From: Pristiophorus japonicus
Taxonomy: Eukaryota
Assembly: GCF_044704955.1 (NCBI RefSeq)
Contig: NC_091984.1
Span: 146,754,001 to 146,818,000 of the forward strand
DNA: 64,000 nt
Direction: 5' to 3'
The notes under the pieces are model-generated. The model saw nothing but the letters and a program-made list of their open reading frames with translations. It searched no databases and was not told the DNA's origin. Below are positions 58,966 through 64,000 of this stretch, in pieces. Within the stretch, counting starts at the first letter, position 1, and every line of letters starts with the position of its first letter. The position numbers and the translations under genes are program-made.

Positions 58966-61900
58966 GGAAGTGACTATATTCCGGGACTAAATGTACGGAC
59001 GAGGGGTTAACTGCATTACTGATCCTATCTCGGTAGATGTCCTTTTTCGGTGCATTTTTCCAAGTCCAATCATTGTCAGAAATTCAGTGAATATATTTCC
59101 CGCTCTCCCGTGTTCCTTAACTGAGCGTTTTATTGACATTAGAATGTTAATTTTAAACATCATTTATTTCCTTCATTTGCTGACTTTGGGACTGGTGCAA
59201 TTATAGCTGAGAATCCGCGCAGCTTATGATACAATGGGTTTATTCACATTACAACAGACAGCCTCTCCTTCCCCTCCACCTGCTGTAACAGCGGGGAATG
59301 TCTGACAATTACTGGACACTCAATATGTTTGAAATTGGCCCAGATTCTCCCCCTCTGACTCCAGCTCCACACACATCCAGAAACAGCCGCTCAACACCCG
59401 ATTCAAATTCACATTGAAAATCCCGTCAGATCCTTACAGTGAGCAGCTCGTGAGAAGGGCATTTACCCCTCTGTCCCCACATCCCTCATCACCCCTTCCC
59501 CCACACACCTATCCCATCCACTTTTATATGGACATATTTGCTGCTTATACACAAACCCTGGAATTGAATCCCACAGCCTCACAACTATGTGTTGGGAAGT
59601 TTGTCCTGTTCCTTATTCCAAATGTCTTGTGCCTTTGGTGCCTCCTCCTTGAGCCCTCATCCACTGGGAACAATGTGCTTCAACCTCCCATCTCCCAACC
59701 TTTCACAACTTGATGCAGTCCTGTCACCCCGCCCCATAATCTGTGTCTGTCTTACATTCTCCTCCCGCACAGTTACAGTTCCGTGTGTCAGAGCCCAGTG
59801 TGTGAAAGTGGCCAATTTTAAACCGTTCGCTCCGATGGATATGCAACTACAACAGGAAACTGACATCTCACATTCAGTCAATGAGTTCCCGCCACCGGAT
59901 GCGACCCAACATCCCAGATTTAATGGGAAAGAAATGTGAGCGGCTTAAAACTCGGATATTTCGGCTGTTAGATTGTAAAAGTCTACAGTCTATTGAAAGA
60001 TGTAAGTCAGTAAGCTCAGAGTGAAGCGAGTCTGACTGCCCCACTGACTGTCTCCACTTCCAGGGTCAATGCAGCCCAGTGATCGCACTGGAAGATAGGC
60101 GCCTGTAACAATAAGGCTTTTTGGAATATATCAAGGCCCAGTGTCAGTTGTCGCCCTGTGTCCAGCACCAAGGTCACCGTCAATTCTCAGAGACAAACCC
60201 AGTTGAATTTATTGCTCTGATCTTGAATGCATTGCCTGAGAGGTTGGCTCAGCAGATGCAATAATCACTCGCAGAAGAGAATTGGTTATCTACTTGACAA
60301 ATAAAACTTTCCGGGATATGGGGAAGGAGCAGCGACTGGGAGGAATTGGCCAGATCTTTCAGGGAGCAGGCCCGGTTACAATGGGCCGAATGGCCTGCTT
60401 CAGTGCGGTCCCATTGGCTGATATCCCTGTCACTTGTTCCAGTTCTAAAGGCTGCTTTCAGTGTCCCGGGAACAGCTTATGAAATGACTTACTTTGTGAA
60501 GCAGGGCTTCACTTTATGACTGCGCTTGCTGCGGGCCCGAGAGATTGTTCTGTTTCTTCCGAAGCTTTTGTTTTGCTGCTCAGCGCTCACTGTCAGAAAT
60601 TTGCTGAATATCATCTTCTCCTTTTCCTCTGCCTTCCCTGTGTAATATGTTCATTGACATCATAATACACTGACACTCTCGGGCAAAGTCTCCTCGCGGT
60701 TCTGGTCAATGTATATCCCGTCTGCTGCTGGAAGTGTGACTGGAGATGTCTTTAGTTCACGTTGTTTATCGCCATATTCTCAAATTGTATCACTCACTTC
60801 TTTCCCTGTCTCCACACCCCGAGTCATCGCCATTTCTGAAGCGGGAGTTACATTCATCTGAATCCATGTTCAGTGTGAGTGTAAACTCCAGAGTATCAAA
60901 TGGTTTGTGATTGTATTCTTGCAGTCCTTACAGACCCGGCAAGTCACTGTAAGCGGTTACTAATTGTGTGAATCCGTGCCCACTGTATTACTGCCCTTCT
61001 GCCGGCACTGGGAACTTGCTATTTGCCCTGCACTCAGTATTTGTTGCTGATTTCCGGTTAGTGTCAGAAATTCAGAAATATCACTTGTTCCCTTTTCTCT
61101 CTCTCCCTTTGGAATATGTGTATTGATATTATAATGTTCTTTTAACCTACAACTAAAGACGCAATGATGTTGTACCTTGCGTGTGTCAGGGTGTTGTCTC
61201 TCAGTGAGAATGGGAGGATTCACATAGTGGCATGTTGTCAGTTTATGTCGTGGCAGATCTGTGGCAGAGACAGGGAGCCGGGCTGTGCTGGGAGAATCGG
61301 GCTGGCCTTCTCCTGCTGACTTTCTCTGCCTCCCTTCTCTCCCTCACCTTTAACTGGGACTGACAGTAACTGTACTCCATGACAAGTCACACGGTTTGAA
61401 TTGACATTGATTTATATTACTAGGTATTCTAGGGAACGGAAGTAAGTATCTGCTGAGAGCCGGCGATGGGCCAACACTGTTAGTGTGTCAGTCACAAGTG
61501 TTACATCACACTGTAGTTCTGGGAAATGAAAGGGAATCTGTGTTGTGTGGGTCGCCGTTCACAGTTCCGTGTTGTCAAGGAGCTCCTGAAACCAAGTCCA
61601 GGAGAAAGTCCACTTATGGCCGCAAAAAATCCATGATTATAAATTTGCCGTCAGGTATAAAACACATTGCAATGTGAATATTCGGAACATTGCACCAGCA
61701 GTCAATCCTGAGACAGACGGGATGGAGAGTGGATCAAATATACACATTAAAGTAAAGTAGTAATGGTATTATTTTTATTTTGAGCTGATAACATTGGTGC
61801 TTAGATTCTTTGAGTGTTGGACATTGCGATCCTTGTACAACCCTGGAAAATAGAAACACGTGGCCTTGCTCACAATCGTTTTATAACCAGATGAAGTATC

Positions 61901-62507
61901 ACCACTGTTTAAAATATAACTTTGTTTAAGTAGGGCGGGCAGGAAATTAATAACTCACTGAAACACTGCTCGAATTGTTGAATACATTGGTGGTTTGACG
62001 AATAATGGTTTGGGATGACTTGATTTCGAAATTTTTATCATGCTGCCGACTTTAGATCAATAAATTATTGACAGGTTTTGCTCATTGCAAAATATCAGCA
62101 ACATTGCAAAATATTACCCGCTGATATTTGCTGGCACCGTCAAGGGGTCACAATACTGAAAGATGCTGTCGAGCAACACTGTGGGTGCATTCACCAGGTG
62201 GACTGCAGCGTTTGAAGAAGTGGCCCCACCCCCACCTTCTCAAGGGCAACTAGATGGGATTCCCCATCTATTGTCCCCAATTCCGGGGTCCTCATCTTTT
62301 TATCTGTTATTTCCCACTATACTTCTGTATCCATAGCAACACCCCCACCCCCGTAATAAATAGACACAACTTATATTCTCCTAAAATCACCTGATATAAT
62401 TTGCTTCTAAAAGTCTACTGTGTAACCTCAGTTCTACAGGAATACAGTGACTTATTCCATCGCAGTTCCCTTACTGCGCTCAGGCTCTTTGCTCTGCACA
62501 GAGATTT

Positions 62508-62582
62508 CTGTATCTATCTATATCTATCTATCTAGCTATCTATCTATCGATCATTACATCTATCTATCTATCTATCTATCTT
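62508..62582. repeat. (TATC)n microsatellite followed by a CT-rich tract
   Basis: Directly visible. Confidence 0.9.
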
Positions 62583-62939
62583 TAACCCAGTCTCTCTCTA
62601 TTTGTCTCTGTCCCTTCCTCTCTCTATACATCTCTAATTATCGCTCTGTCCCTTCCTCTCTCCAACTCTCTCGTTCCGTATATCTCGCTTTTTCTATCTC
62701 AACAACAACTTGTATTTATCTAGCGCCTGTAACGCAGTAAAACGCCCCAAGGCCCTTCACAGCAGTGTTATAAGACAAAACAGATAAATTTGACACGAGC
62801 CACAGAAGGAGATGTCAGGGCAGGTGAACCAAAAGCTGGGTGAGAGGTCGTATTTATCTTTTCTGTCTCCTTCCCTCTCTTTATCAATCTCTGGCTTTCT
62901 CTCTCTCTCTGTCTGTCTTTCTCACTCAATACACATTAA

Positions 62940-63800
62940 CCCATGACATACCTGAGCAATATCAAGCTGATAACGGGTTATCTGACCAACTATTCCACAC
63001 ATCAAAGGCATCTTAGATAAACAGTCCTGAATAGCGCTTCTAATGTGGATTGATTTGGAAGCCCGGGTACATATGGTGTCCATGCTCCCTGCAATGTACT
63101 CTTGGACAGCCCTCCACACCAGGGCGATCAATTCTCCACAGTGATCATGGGTCACAGTAAGATTACAATTCACAGGTAAGACCTTTGCAGTCATTGACCG
63201 CAATCGTTGTGTATGAGTCTCAATATGTAGCTTCCTGTCCTGTGTGGAACCACATCCTCTATAGTCACTTGCAATGGTCTATGCTGTGAACAAGGGATCA
63301 CTGACATTACCTCGCTCTGAAGTTTGCTGCATTGTCAGAGGTGTCAAAGCGAGCTGGGGATTGTGACTCTGGTCGCATGGTGTACTTTGGATGGTCCATT
63401 TGATCCTGGGTTAATATATCAAGGGAAGGTTGTGTTGTTGCTGCTTACTGATCACCTTCTCCCCCTTGTGGTCATTGCTGCACTTTCCCCACATGGTGTT
63501 GCACTGTTGAAGTCGCCGATGAGAAAACCTGCCTTTGTGAGCGAGGCAAAGTCTGTTGACCATGTGAGCTCTTCACCTAGTGGATTGCAAACATAGACCG
63601 CTGTTACTTGGACCAGTTAACCCACAACAAATTTCCTTCTAACATGCTGTCTGAAGCGCTGTAGTCCCCAGTCTTTCGTCACGGCCCCCAGTTTGAGAAT
63701 GAAATCTGACAACTGCGACCAGCGGCTGGTAATGTGCTCCCTTCTGCTGATCCTGGACACAAACCCAGCCAGCAGTGCTCACCCTCCGTGCTCTCCATTT
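62940..63800 (-). mobile_element. Old I-group (Ingi/Vingi-like) LINE endonuclease relic
   Basis: The minus strand at about 63350-63535 reads LIGDFNS, then (frameshift) NTMWGK.SNDHKGE..HNL.LIY.P. Confidence 0.5.
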
Positions 63801-64000
63801 TACACTGAACACATTCCAGGCCTGCTTCATGCTCACTGCTGCCCATTCATTGTCTCTCTCCCAGTTTACAATCCAACACTAATCACTTGTTTGTCGCTTT
63901 CTCAGGTTTTATTTTCGTTACTTCATTTGTTCTTCCGTCACAGAAATGCTGCTTATTTTAATTATGCATAATTAGTTGTAATTATGAACAAATATGATGT

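Overview
Eukaryotic, repeat-dense vertebrate DNA, almost certainly from a cartilaginous fish (inferred from the Ig cluster layout, the Ig sequence style and the repeat families). The one clear host gene is a single unrearranged immunoglobulin kappa-type (type III / NS4-like) light-chain cluster on the + strand. It has a promoter (15297-15396), leader exon (15455-15503), V exon (15691-15989) with a 12-RSS, one J (21601-21635) with a 23-RSS, a C exon (23621-23949) and polyA signals. All coding frames and splice sites are intact. A 4.1-kb Ty3/Gypsy LTR element and a Tx1-type LINE relic lie between V and J. The rest is mostly transposon material: CR1 LINEs (one near full length), three more LTR-bounded Gypsy elements (one with three nested CR1 insertions), an env-bearing ERV remnant, RTE/L2/Ingi-like/Harbinger relics, Deu-domain SINEs and several minisatellites. 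A block at about 5.6-7.5 kb looks paralogous to the 3' flank of the cluster (about 25.6-27.1 kb), suggesting cluster-scale duplication. Convergent CTCF-like motifs bracket the cluster. A possible degenerate GPR139-like first exon lies at 58.9 kb. Most ORF-track entries are antisense or out-of-frame readings of transposons. No database searches were run; family assignments come from motif recognition.
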